From the NCBI GenBank assembly GCA_963663385.2, contig CAXXXD010000003.1, positions 256,001 through 320,000 of the forward strand: a stretch of DNA of 64,000 nucleotides. Reading direction: 5' to 3'. Below are positions 49,028 to 58,416 of this stretch, piece after piece. The DNA comes from Oceanispirochaeta sp. GTDB lineage: Bacteria; Spirochaetota; Spirochaetia; DSM-2461. The notes under the pieces were generated by a model that was given only the letters and a program-made list of their open reading frames with translations, made no database searches and was not told the DNA's origin. The position numbers and the translations under genes are program-made. Numbering within the stretch: the first letter of the stretch is position 1; the number at the start of each line of letters is the position of its first letter.

Positions 49028-49113
49028 GACTGTATTGTGCTATTAATTGAAGGAAATCTCAAGGTTGAATCCCTGTTCTACGGGTAATCTATTAATCAAT
49101 AGGAGATTAAACC

Positions 49114-50367
49114 ATGAGTAATATGTATGAATATGCCAAAGAACAGTATGCGGAAATCGGCGTTGATGTTGATAAAGCCATAGATAAACTGAAAAAGATT
49201 TCTCTATCAGTACACTGCTGGCAGGGGGATGATGTAGGCGGATTTGAATCCCCCGATGCCACCCTTTCGGGCGGTGGTATTCAGGTTACAGGAAACTACC
49301 CGGGAAAAGCCCGTAATCTGGGTGAGCTGAAAAAAGATCTGGGGAAGATGTACAGCCTTATTCCCGGTCAGCACAGACTGAATCTGCATACCATCTACGG
49401 GGATTTTCAGGGAGAAAAAGTAGAGAGAAACAAGATAGATGTGAAGCATTTTCATTCCTGGGCGGACTGGGGAAAGGAAAACGGGATTAAACTGGACTTT
49501 AACGGCAGTTTCTTTTCCCACCCTCTTGCGGAAGACGGTTTTACCCTGAGCAGCAAAGATAAAAACATAAGGGATTACTGGATTGAGCATGCCAAACAGG
49601 CCAGAAAAATTACCGCTTATCTGGGAAACGAGCAGGGTTCTCCCTCTGTTCATAACCTGTGGGTTCCCGATGGAGCCAAAGACAATGTGGTGTGTCGAAT
49701 GGATCACCGGACCATACTGAAGGATGCACTGGATGAGATCTATTCCGTTGAATACAGCGATAAAGAGATTAAGGATGCGGTTGAGTGCAAACTCTTCGGT
49801 ATTGGAAGTGAATCTTATGTTGTAGGATCCCACGAGTTCTATATGGGGTATGCTCTTACAAGAAACAAACTCCTCTGTATGGATATGGGACATTTTCATC
49901 CCACAGAATCCGTAGCTGACAAAATTTCTTCTGTTTACCAGTTCCTGGACGAAGTTCTTCTTCACGTATCACGGCCTGTACGCTGGGATTCTGATCATGT
50001 GGTTACCCTGAACGACGAAGTATACGCCCTTATGCAGGAACTGGTACGATCCGGAAAAATTGACAGCACCTATATCGGGCTGGACTTTTTTGACGCTACC
50101 CTGAACCGTCTGGGTGCCTGGGTTGTCGGCGCCAGAGCCTCTCTGAAGGCTCTCCTTTTTGCTCTCCTCGAACCCTATTCACAGCTTAAAACCTATGAAG
50201 AAGCTAATAATAACTTTGGCCGTCTGGCTCTTCTGGAAGAAGTAAAAACAAAACCCTTCGGAGTTATCTGGGATCAGTACTGTCTGGAATCCGGAACGCT
50301 GACAGATCGGGAAATGCTTCAGGAAGTTCTCTCCTACGAAGAATCAGAAATGTCAGGGAGAAACTAG
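49114..50367 (+). CDS. rhaA: L-rhamnose isomerase
   Basis: SVHCWQGDDV, TGNYPGKAR, DAVECKLFGIGSESY, DMGHFHPTE, HVSRPVRWDSDHV, LDFFDA. Confidence 0.97.
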   Translation: MSNMYEYAKEQYAEIGVDVDKAIDKLKKISLSVHCWQGDDVGGFESPDATLSGGGIQVTGNYPGKARNLGELKKDLGKMYSLIPGQHRLNLHTIYGDFQGEKVERNKIDVKHFHSWADWGKENGIKLDFNGSFFSHPLAEDGFTLSSKDKNIRDYWIEHAKQARKITAYLGNEQGSPSVHNLWVPDGAKDNVVCRMDHRTILKDALDEIYSVEYSDKEIKDAVECKLFGIGSESYVVGSHEFYMGYALTRNKLLCMDMGHFHPTESVADKISSVYQFLDEVLLHVSRPVRWDSDHVVTLNDEVYALMQELVRSGKIDSTYIGLDFFDATLNRLGAWVVGARASLKALLFALLEPYSQLKTYEEANNNFGRLALLEEVKTKPFGVIWDQYCLESGTLTDREMLQEVLSYEESEMSGRN

Positions 50368-51474
50368 ATGAGTCTGGAAAAACTGATAAGCCTGTCCAAT
50401 GTATATGGGGCAGATCCGGAATATGTTATTGCCGGCGGGGGTAATACCTCCTGGAAGAATGATGTGTATATGTTTGTAAAAGGTTCCGGGACAGAGCTGG
50501 CTTCCATTAAAGAAGAGGGTTTTGTAAAGGTTGACCTGGCCAAACTGGACCAGATCTGGTCTAAATCCTATTCCAGTGATTCCGACCGGAGAGAGGAGGA
50601 GGTTCTGGCCGATCTGATGGCTTCCCGTTACCCTTCGGAAGGTTCCAAAAGACCCAGTGTAGAAACTCTTCTGCACGCTCTTCTGCCGTTCAACTATGTG
50701 GTTCATACCCATCCGGCCCTGGTAAACGGTATTACCTGCAGCAGAAAAGGAGCGGAAGCTGTAAAGAATCTATTTGGAGATTCAGCCATATGGGTTCCCA
50801 TTACAAATCCCGGTTATATCCTGGCCAAAGAGGTTAAGGATGAAATTGAAAAGCATAGGACCGCGGGGCATGATTTCCCCCAGATGATTTTTCTGCAGAA
50901 CCATGGGGTTTTTGTATCGGGAAATACAGAGCAGGAGATTGATTCCATCTATACAGATATGTTTCAGGCCATTAAAAAAGAGATTAAAACCTTTCCCGTT
51001 ACAGAAGAAATTCCTGTGGCAGAAAGGACTGCCGAAACTGTCTCTCTATCTGTTCAAGCCGTTCTTGATGGTGATCTGATGGTTAAGTCTTTTGCCAACA
51101 GGGATATCCTGTCCCTGTCTGAATCCCGGGAGGCTTTTGCACCTCTGGAACTGGCCATGACCCCGGACCATATTGTGTATTACGGATTTAAACCGGCTTA
51201 TGCAGAGGGGCTTGAAACTTTGGAAGATGCACTCTCCGCCTTTGTCGAAGAGAATGGAATGAATCCCCGTCTGCTTGTTGTCAAAGGGGTGGGGGCTTTT
51301 GCCATTAACAGCAGTGAATCCCTTACGGAGAAGGCACGGATGCTCTTTCTGGATGATGTGAAGGTAGCTGTTTACGCAGAGAGTTTCGGCGGGTATCAGT
51401 TTATGCCGCAGGATCAGATCGACTTTATACGAAACTGGGAAGTGGAGAAATACCGCGTTTCCCTGTCAAAATAA
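50368..51474 (+). CDS. Rhamnulose-1-phosphate aldolase, RhaE-type class II aldolase (no fused SDR domain)
   Basis: GGGNTS.K, KGSG, RPSVETLLH, HTH, NHG, TPDH, WEVEKYR. Confidence 0.82.
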   Translation: MSLEKLISLSNVYGADPEYVIAGGGNTSWKNDVYMFVKGSGTELASIKEEGFVKVDLAKLDQIWSKSYSSDSDRREEEVLADLMASRYPSEGSKRPSVETLLHALLPFNYVVHTHPALVNGITCSRKGAEAVKNLFGDSAIWVPITNPGYILAKEVKDEIEKHRTAGHDFPQMIFLQNHGVFVSGNTEQEIDSIYTDMFQAIKKEIKTFPVTEEIPVAERTAETVSLSVQAVLDGDLMVKSFANRDILSLSESREAFAPLELAMTPDHIVYYGFKPAYAEGLETLEDALSAFVEENGMNPRLLVVKGVGAFAINSSESLTEKARMLFLDDVKVAVYAESFGGYQFMPQDQIDFIRNWEVEKYRVSLSK

Positions 51475-51498
51475 GAGAAACAGGATAAGAGAGTCATT

Positions 51499-52992
51499 AT
51501 GGAATATGCCATTGCCGTACTGGATATTGGAAAGACCAACAAAAAAATCGTTATATATGATGAGAAGCTTAATCAGATAGATTCTGTTTACAAGTCCATC
51601 CCGACTATTCAATTTGAAGAACTGGATGTGGAAAATACTCAAAGGATTGAGGACTGGTTCTATGAAAATCTGAAGGCTCTGAGTCAGAAATATGATATTC
51701 GCAGCCTTTCCGTTTCTGCTCATGGAGCAACCTGTGCCTGTGTAGATAAAGCGGGCGAATTGGCTGTTCCTGTTGTGGCTTATACCAATGAAGTTCCCGA
51801 GGATTTTCATGATAAGTTCTATGAGCTGGTCGGCAATTGTCATACTCTGCAGAGAGAAACCGGTACGGCCCAGGTCAAACCCCTGATTAACCTGGCCCAG
51901 CTGATCTATTTTCTGCAGAAACGATTTCCCTCGGACTATGAGAAAACGGACAGGATTCTCCCTTACGCCCAGTTTTTCGGGTACAAACTGACCGGTAAGG
52001 CCGCAGCCGATTATACCTATACGGGCTGTCATACCTACCTGTGGGATTTTGATAAGTGGCAGTGGTCTTCTGTAGCCGAAAAGCTGGGTATACTGCCTAA
52101 GCTGCCGGAAAAATTGAAGAATCCGGCGGATATTCTGGGCACCATAAGTCCCGAAATGGCTTTGCGCACTGGCCTTAAACCTGAAACTATCGTGACGGTG
52201 GGGCTCCATGATTCGAATTCCTCCCTCATACCCTATCTGGTTAAAGGAGAAAAGGACTTTATCCTTAACTCCACCGGTACCTGGTGTGTGGTAATGCATC
52301 CTACAAGGGAGTATTCCTTTAGTGAGGAAGAGATAGGGAAAACAGTCTTTTATAATATTTCTGCCCGGCAGGAACTGGTTAAAACGGCCATTTTTATGGG
52401 TGGGCTGGAATTTGAAAACTATATGACAATTCTTCAGAACTTGAATAATACGGATGAATACCCCGGCTTCAACAGGGATATTGTACAGTCTGTTCTGGAT
52501 AAAAACTGCGATTTCATTGTTCCCGGAGTTGTACGGGGGGCTGGTCAGTTTCCCGATTCAAAACCCGGCGTGTACGAAGGGGAGAGGTTTTATTCCCTGA
52601 AAGATATACGAAACGGTCAGGTTCCTGCCTTCTTTTCAGATTTCAGATACGCCCATGCTGTTCTGAATCTTTCTCTGTTAATGCAGACATCTGTAGCTCT
52701 GGACAGGGTTTCTGCTCAAGCTGGAACTCCCATCTATATAGAGGGGGGATTTCGTAAAAACGATGTGTACAAACGGCTGATTGCTTCTTTGTATCCGGAT
52801 TCTCCTGTGTATACCACCAGTATTAAAGAGGCTTCCTCCTATGGGGCCGCCATAGCGGGTAAGGCGGCGTATGATGATGTGGAGCTGGAAGACCTGGCGG
52901 ATCTGGTAAGAATTGATATGAATCCGGTTGAAGCTGTGGGGTTGGAAGGGTTGAAGGATTATAGAACAGCGTTTATGAAGAAAATAAGATAA
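51499..52992 (+). CDS. FGGY-family carbohydrate kinase (putative rhamnulokinase)
   Basis: VLDIGKTNKK, HGA, GCHTYLW, GLHDSN, STGTW, FMGGLEF. Confidence 0.85.
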   Translation: MEYAIAVLDIGKTNKKIVIYDEKLNQIDSVYKSIPTIQFEELDVENTQRIEDWFYENLKALSQKYDIRSLSVSAHGATCACVDKAGELAVPVVAYTNEVPEDFHDKFYELVGNCHTLQRETGTAQVKPLINLAQLIYFLQKRFPSDYEKTDRILPYAQFFGYKLTGKAAADYTYTGCHTYLWDFDKWQWSSVAEKLGILPKLPEKLKNPADILGTISPEMALRTGLKPETIVTVGLHDSNSSLIPYLVKGEKDFILNSTGTWCVVMHPTREYSFSEEEIGKTVFYNISARQELVKTAIFMGGLEFENYMTILQNLNNTDEYPGFNRDIVQSVLDKNCDFIVPGVVRGAGQFPDSKPGVYEGERFYSLKDIRNGQVPAFFSDFRYAHAVLNLSLLMQTSVALDRVSAQAGTPIYIEGGFRKNDVYKRLIASLYPDSPVYTTSIKEASSYGAAIAGKAAYDDVELEDLADLVRIDMNPVEAVGLEGLKDYRTAFMKKIR

Positions 52993-53090
52993 CAGCTCAA
53001 ACAGGAAAGAAGAGAATCCCGGAGGACAGAATCCAGTCAATCTCTGTAGTAGGTTGATAACTGAAAGATTGAACGTCCTCCGGAGAGTCC

Positions 53091-53119
53091 AAAAAAACCG
53101 GATTCACAAAGAATCCGGT
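53091..53119 (-). terminator. Terminator of the minus-strand sulfatase-rhaM operon
   Basis: ACCGGATTC-ACAAA-GAATCCGGT with an A-run on the + strand (U-tract on -). Confidence 0.7.
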
Positions 53120-53141
53120 ACTAATTCCTGTAGTTTTGATT

Positions 53142-53468
53142 TCAACTATCGAAGTAGAATATTTCCTTCAGGGGGATGGTAACCGGTGAGTTATCCTCAT
53201 TAACTTCCATAATATCGGCCATATACCTCCACCACTTCTGAACAACAGGATTCTTACCGAGATCCTGACTGCCGGAATCACCAGCTATTTTCTGGACTCC
53301 GAAAAGGGTTCCTGACTCTTCATCCAGAAATATGGCGTAATCAGAAATTCCCTGTTCCTTTAATAGAACCAGGAGTTCAGGCCAGATCTCATCATGGCGA
53401 TTTTTATACTCCATTTCATTCCCCTTCTTCAGCTGCATTTTAAAGGCGGCCCTATTCCCATTACTCAT
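53142..53468 (-). CDS. rhaM: L-rhamnose mutarotase, second copy
   Basis: RHDEIWPEL, KWWRYMADIM; GAGAGG RBS before ATG 53468. Confidence 0.9.
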   Translation of the reverse strand: MSNGNRAAFKMQLKKGNEMEYKNRHDEIWPELLVLLKEQGISDYAIFLDEESGTLFGVQKIAGDSGSQDLGKNPVVQKWWRYMADIMEVNEDNSPVTIPLKEIFYFDS

Positions 53469-53575
53469 TTTACAACCTCTCCCCATCACCTGGATTTCAA
53501 TTTTTTGGTCCTTTTTTATTCTACCCATAATTACAGGTGGAATGGCTTCCAATCCCTTTTCATTCTGATTTATAA

Positions 53576-55102
53576 CTATTCCGTAGCATTAGGCAGAGCC
53601 TCGCTGATAAAGGCTTTTCCAGATGGGACAATATAGTCTGTAACCCCTCTCGAAAAGGCAAACTGATGCAGCCTGCCAAGAGGCCGGGCGATAAAGGGAT
53701 ACTTCACCAGATCGTCGTCCTGAACCATACTCTGCAGATCTGTTTCAGTCCCGCACTTTTTTGCGGCCTGAAAGCGCAGACGTTCCGCTATATCTTTTTC
53801 CCGGACGATAAGATTTTCCATTTCAGCCGGATCCTCGTTCAGGTTGAAAAGCTGTTCCCTGCCGCCGTTGGCCATATAGATATACTTCCACTGTTTATGG
53901 CGCACCATCAGCTTGAACTGACGGGTCTCGGGTCTGCCGTGAAAGGAGAAAAGGAAATCCCTTTTATCCTCCAGGATATCGATACCGTCCCGTACATCCT
54001 TTTTGCCGCCCAGCTTGGTAGCCAGGCCAAACAGATCAGTCAGGCTGACAAGATCATCGGATTTGGTGTTACCTTTCAGCAGGGCCGGATAGCTTACAAT
54101 GAAGGGGATTTTAACAGAGGGTTCATAAAAACACTCCTTCTGCCAGGCGTGATGATCTCCCAGCATATCCCCGTGATCCGTAAAAAAGCAGATCATCGTG
54201 TTGTCCGCATCGGGGTGTTTCTCAACTTCATCCAGAATGCGTCCTATGCAGGAGTCGATATAGGAGATCTCCCCGTAGTAGCGGGTTCTGAGATTCCGGG
54301 CCCAGGCATCATTAATCTCATCCGAATAGACGATATAGTTCATCCAGGGGATCTGCTCGTCGTAGTGGTCGTCCGCCAGATCGCCCTTGATCGGATCGGG
54401 CATACCGTCAGGGTCATACATTCTGTTGTAGGGAATGGGCGGTGCACAGGGAGGATGGGGGCCTATAAAGGAAACCAGCCCGAAGTACGGCCGCTCATCC
54501 TGAACTTTCAGCTGCTCGATTGTTCTGTCTGCCACAAAGCTTTCTACAGTCAGTTCTTCAGGCAGAGGGCTGACCTGGGGAGCATAGTACATATTGGTCC
54601 GCTCCCCGTGGAGCTGTTCCAGATGTCCGTATTCGGGGTGTTCCTGCTCTATGTAGCCGGCAAAACCGTCCCGGCTTCTCAGTTCGGGGCTGTCCCACAT
54701 CTCTTCCGTGTGGATATGGGTTTCATACCCGAGCTCTTCGTACTGGTCCGGAAAGGTATGGAATTTGCCTATACCGAAGGTCCGGTATCCCAGTTTCCCC
54801 ATAACCCGGGGGAGGTAGGGTCCCGACCAGTTCTCCATACCTTCCTCCCCGGTTTTCTGGGGATTCTGAGGCTCTTCATTGCAGTAGCAGCCCATTGTAC
54901 AGGAGTCCCGCCCCGTCCGTATGCTGTAACGGGCGGGTATACAGACCGGGCAGGAGGAGTAGGCATTGGTATAGGTTACACCCCTTTCGACAAGACGGTC
55001 CAGATTCGGTGTCTGAATTGTTGAATTCCCCAGGGAGGAGATGCAGTCATAGCGGAACTGGTCGCACATGAGATAGAGTATATTTGGTTTCTTCCTATTC
55101 AT
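53576..55102 (-). CDS. Cytoplasmic formylglycine-dependent (S1) sulfatase
   Basis: PNILYLMCDQ, CIPAR..TG (CxPxR), GKFH, PHPP, DHG, K; no signal peptide. Confidence 0.92.
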   Translation of the reverse strand: MNRKKPNILYLMCDQFRYDCISSLGNSTIQTPNLDRLVERGVTYTNAYSSCPVCIPARYSIRTGRDSCTMGCYCNEEPQNPQKTGEEGMENWSGPYLPRVMGKLGYRTFGIGKFHTFPDQYEELGYETHIHTEEMWDSPELRSRDGFAGYIEQEHPEYGHLEQLHGERTNMYYAPQVSPLPEELTVESFVADRTIEQLKVQDERPYFGLVSFIGPHPPCAPPIPYNRMYDPDGMPDPIKGDLADDHYDEQIPWMNYIVYSDEINDAWARNLRTRYYGEISYIDSCIGRILDEVEKHPDADNTMICFFTDHGDMLGDHHAWQKECFYEPSVKIPFIVSYPALLKGNTKSDDLVSLTDLFGLATKLGGKKDVRDGIDILEDKRDFLFSFHGRPETRQFKLMVRHKQWKYIYMANGGREQLFNLNEDPAEMENLIVREKDIAERLRFQAAKKCGTETDLQSMVQDDDLVKYPFIARPLGRLHQFAFSRGVTDYIVPSGKAFISEALPNATE

Positions 55103-55105
55103 AAC

Positions 55106-55846
55106 TTACCACCATTTAATCAGATCTGTTACCTGATTCCTTAAATCCACAAAATCCTGACTGGACACCTTACGGGGACGGGGCAGATCATTCATCAATT
55201 CTGTTTTAATTTTGGTTGGTTTATTGGTCATAACCAGAATTCTGTCGCTCAGGTAGACGGCCTCTTCAATATTATGAGTAATAAAAACAATGGTTGTTTT
55301 TGTCTTTTCCCACAGGTTCAGCAGTTCGTCCTCCAGTTTGTACTTTAAATTTAAATCCAGCTGTCCGTAGGGTTCATCCATTAACAGAAGATCCGGCTTT
55401 GTCGCAAAAGCCCTGGCGATCACCACCCTCTGCAGCATACTGGCAGACAGTTCGCCGGGGTAGTACTTTCTGTGGCTTTCCAGGTTTACCATGGCAATGG
55501 CTTCTTCTACCCTTTCGTCTATCGTATTTTGATCATATCCCTTGATCTTCAGGCCGTAGGCGATGTTCTGCTCCACATTCAGCCAGGGGAAGGTGGAATA
55601 TTCCTGAAGGATATAGGCCAGATGGTGTTTTCTGGGGTCCACATCTTCACCATCCAGTTTGATTGATCCGCTGTTGATATCGATAATCTTTGTCAGACTG
55701 TTCAGAAAGGTTGTTTTTCCGCACCCGGTCGGTCCGACGATGACAAGGAATTCACTCTCTTTGACGGAAAAAGAGATATTATCCAGTACAAGAAGATCAC
55801 CATAGCTCTTGGTCAGGTTTTGAACCTGTACTTTTTCTTTGACCAT
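55106..55846 (-). CDS. NitT/TauT/SsuB-type ABC ATP-binding protein
   Basis: GPTGCGKTT, LSASMLQR, MDEPYG, FITHNIEEA. Confidence 0.9.
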   Translation of the reverse strand: MVKEKVQVQNLTKSYGDLLVLDNISFSVKESEFLVIVGPTGCGKTTFLNSLTKIIDINSGSIKLDGEDVDPRKHHLAYILQEYSTFPWLNVEQNIAYGLKIKGYDQNTIDERVEEAIAMVNLESHRKYYPGELSASMLQRVVIARAFATKPDLLLMDEPYGQLDLNLKYKLEDELLNLWEKTKTTIVFITHNIEEAVYLSDRILVMTNKPTKIKTELMNDLPRPRKVSSQDFVDLRNQVTDLIKWW

Positions 55847-56638
55847 TTATACACCCTCCCTTAAATCAACCAGGGAACTGATCTCTTCTCTCAGTTCAAG
55901 AAATTCCGGTGCAACCAGACTGCGGGGGCGGGGAAGGTCTATTATATACTCTTTCAGGATTTTTGCCGGACACTCTGTTAAGATGACGATTCTGTCTGCC
56001 AGATAAAGGGCTTCTTCTATGTTGTTCGTTACAAAGATGACCGTTCTTTTCTCTTTTTCCCAGATCTTTTCAACTTCCTCTTCCATCATGTAGCGGGTCT
56101 GGGCATCCAGGTGGCCGAAAGGCTCATCCATCAGGATAATTTCAGGATCGTCGCAGTAGGCGCGGGCGATTCCCACCCTCTGCTGCATGCCTCCGGACAG
56201 CATAACCGGATAGTGCTTTTCAAAACCCTTCAGACCAACCAGATCGATATAGTACCGGGCCTTCTCCTGTCTCTCTTTTCTGGAGATCCCCTTTGCTTTG
56301 GGGCCGAACTCGACATTTCCCATAACCGAAAGCCAGGGGAAAAGGGCTGTTGTCTGGTAAACCATCCCGACCCGTGAATCAAAACCTGTCATAGGTTTGT
56401 CTTCGATGGATATCTGACCTTTCGTAACCGATTCCAGCCCGGCCAGCATTTTCAGCAGGGTCGTTTTTCCGCACTGCCCGGCGCCGAACAGAACCAGGAA
56501 TTCATTCTCTTTTATATCCAGGGATATATCATCAAGAATCAGGGCTTCTCCCCCTTCGGTCTGGAAGGATTTGGATGCATTCTCCAGATTGATGATATTC
56601 TTTGTATTATTTAGCGGCTTCGTACTGACCATCTGCAC
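55847..56638 (-). CDS. NitT/TauT/SsuB-type ABC ATP-binding protein
   Basis: GAGQCGKTT, LSGGMQQR, MDEPFG. Confidence 0.9.
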   Translation of the reverse strand: MQMVSTKPLNNTKNIINLENASKSFQTEGGEALILDDISLDIKENEFLVLFGAGQCGKTTLLKMLAGLESVTKGQISIEDKPMTGFDSRVGMVYQTTALFPWLSVMGNVEFGPKAKGISRKERQEKARYYIDLVGLKGFEKHYPVMLSGGMQQRVGIARAYCDDPEIILMDEPFGHLDAQTRYMMEEEVEKIWEKEKRTVIFVTNNIEEALYLADRIVILTECPAKILKEYIIDLPRPRSLVAPEFLELREEISSLVDLREGV

Positions 56639-57405
56639 AACCTCCTCTCAATCTCTCTTAAAACAGAAGCCAGAATCAGTCCGACGGCTCCGATGGCAAT
56701 CATGCCGATTACGTTATTTTCAATTCTTCCCGTCTGCATTCCTGCCAGGATCAGCCATCCGGCTCCTTCTCTTGCGGTAATCATTTCGGCAGCCAGAACG
56801 GCCATCCAGCTTGTGGAAAGAGAGGTCTGCAGACCTGTAAAAATATAGGGGACGCTGTAGGGAAGTACGATTTTTCTGAATATCTGGTTTTCTCTGGCCC
56901 CCAGCACTTTGGCTACCCCGATCAGTTCCCTGCTGACATGCTGGGCCCCATCCATGGTATTCATAACCATCTGGGAGAAACCTCCCATAAAGATAATGAA
57001 ATAGATCGTGGGTTCTCCGATACCAATCCATAGAATAGCCAGAGGTATCCAGGCGATTCCGGGAATAGGGCGGATTATACTGAACAGGGGATAGATAATG
57101 GCATGAGCCATTTTTGAATGCCCCATGGCCAGACCGATCAGAATTCCGGTAAGGGATGAGAGAATGTATCCGACCAGAACCCTCTTTAAACTGACCAGTA
57201 TATGTCCCAGCAGGGTATATTTACCAATCGGATTAATAAAGGCTGAAAAAAATGCCTTAAAGGAAAATACGGGAGTAGGAAAGATTTTCCCGAAATTGGT
57301 AAAAAGGCAGGCTATATGCCAGAGAAACAGGAATATAAGGATTCCCAGGAATCCGTACATCCAGGTATCCCTGGAATCTTTTGTCAAAACTATTTTAGGC
57401 ATCAT
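56611..57405 (-). CDS. NitT/TauT/SsuC-type ABC permease
   Basis: SLKRV..G, RPIPGIAWIP, LGA, VLAAEM. Confidence 0.9.
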   Translation of the reverse strand: MMPKIVLTKDSRDTWMYGFLGILIFLFLWHIACLFTNFGKIFPTPVFSFKAFFSAFINPIGKYTLLGHILVSLKRVLVGYILSSLTGILIGLAMGHSKMAHAIIYPLFSIIRPIPGIAWIPLAILWIGIGEPTIYFIIFMGGFSQMVMNTMDGAQHVSRELIGVAKVLGARENQIFRKIVLPYSVPYIFTGLQTSLSTSWMAVLAAEMITAREGAGWLILAGMQTGRIENNVIGMIAIGAVGLILASVLREIERRLCRWSVRSR

Positions 57406-58175
57406 CTTCGGCCTCCTTTTACAAACTTCCTTTCCAGAAAGCTTAGGGTTTCCATCATTACAGCTCCGAAAACTCCGATAACCAGAACACCCACGAATAC
57501 AACGTCAATTCTTCCGACCAGGCGGGCCATCTGAATCATAAAGCCGAGGCCTTTGGTTGAGGCAATCAGTTCGGCTGCAACAAGGGATACCCATGACCCG
57601 TTTAAGGCTACTCTGGCACCGGTAAAAATCATGGGAGCTGCCGAAGGGATGGCCGTTGTAAACAGAACCTGACGATTGGATGCTCCAAAGGTGAGAGCTA
57701 CCCATTTATGTACATCCTTCGTCTGTTTTATCCCGCTGTAGGAATTGATAACAGCCGGTATAAAGGAAGCAATAAAGATTACCGAAACCTTGGACATGAT
57801 TCCTATTCCAAAAAAGGTGATCATAATGGGAACCCAGCCGACAGGCGGGATGGGTTTAATCAAATCGAACAGAGGCCGGAAGAATTTGTCGAACTTATCG
57901 AACCAGGCCATGCTTATACCCAGGGGGACTCCAATAACGATTCCAAAAAAGAATCCGATCAATGCTTCTTTCAGGCTGGTCCAGATATGAATGCCCAATA
58001 CATTCCCGTCGGGATTTTTATTGCTCAGCTTATATATGAACGTATCAAACAGTTTGATCGGAGTAGGCAGTTTTTTGGCTGATATTATTCCTGCTGTCGA
58101 TATGAGCTGCCAGAGGAATATAAATACCAGTAATGAAGCTATTGAAATCAGTATGTATTTTGTTTTCTCTTTCAA
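57402..58175 (-). CDS. NitT/TauT/SsuC-type ABC permease
   Basis: LPTP, KPIPPVGWVP, FGAS, LVAAELI..GLG. Confidence 0.9.
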   Translation of the reverse strand: MKEKTKYILISIASLLVFIFLWQLISTAGIISAKKLPTPIKLFDTFIYKLSNKNPDGNVLGIHIWTSLKEALIGFFFGIVIGVPLGISMAWFDKFDKFFRPLFDLIKPIPPVGWVPIMITFFGIGIMSKVSVIFIASFIPAVINSYSGIKQTKDVHKWVALTFGASNRQVLFTTAIPSAAPMIFTGARVALNGSWVSLVAAELIASTKGLGFMIQMARLVGRIDVVFVGVLVIGVFGAVMMETLSFLERKFVKGGRR

Positions 58176-58200
58176 TTTCTTATCCTTGTAATAATACTTT

Positions 58201-58341
58201 CACCCCCTCCCTCATCCCCGGCCCTTCTCCCAGAGGGAGAAAGGATAATAGCCATATGTTTTTTTTAAAATAAAGGTATTTTACCCCCTCTCCCCTCTGA
58301 TCCCTGAGCGGAGCCGAAGGGGGAGAGGGCGGGGTGAGGGC
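58201..58341. repeat. BoxC/REP-like element with nested CCCTGAGCGGAGCCGAAGGG motif
   Basis: CCCTCATCCCCGGCCCTTCTCCCAGAGGGAGAAAGG...CCCCTCTCCCC...GGGGAGAGGGCGGGGTGAGGG. Confidence 0.7.
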
Positions 58342-58416
58342 TGGATGAAAGCTGTCGAATTGCTACATCAATTCATATGTTATAGTCTTTGCTATATGGA
58401 AATCGAATCAATGCTT

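Noticed and set aside
53666..55024. Long antisense/shadow ORFs (also 16514-17488, 14459-15337, 25735-26676, 29899-30759, 47205-48092)
   Set aside because: They overlap well-supported genes on the opposite strand and have no recognisable motifs; typical codon-bias shadows.
53576..55102. Choline sulfatase betC
   Set aside because: No bet genes or choline/betaine-type transporter nearby; context points to rhamnose. The subfamily needs an HMM search.
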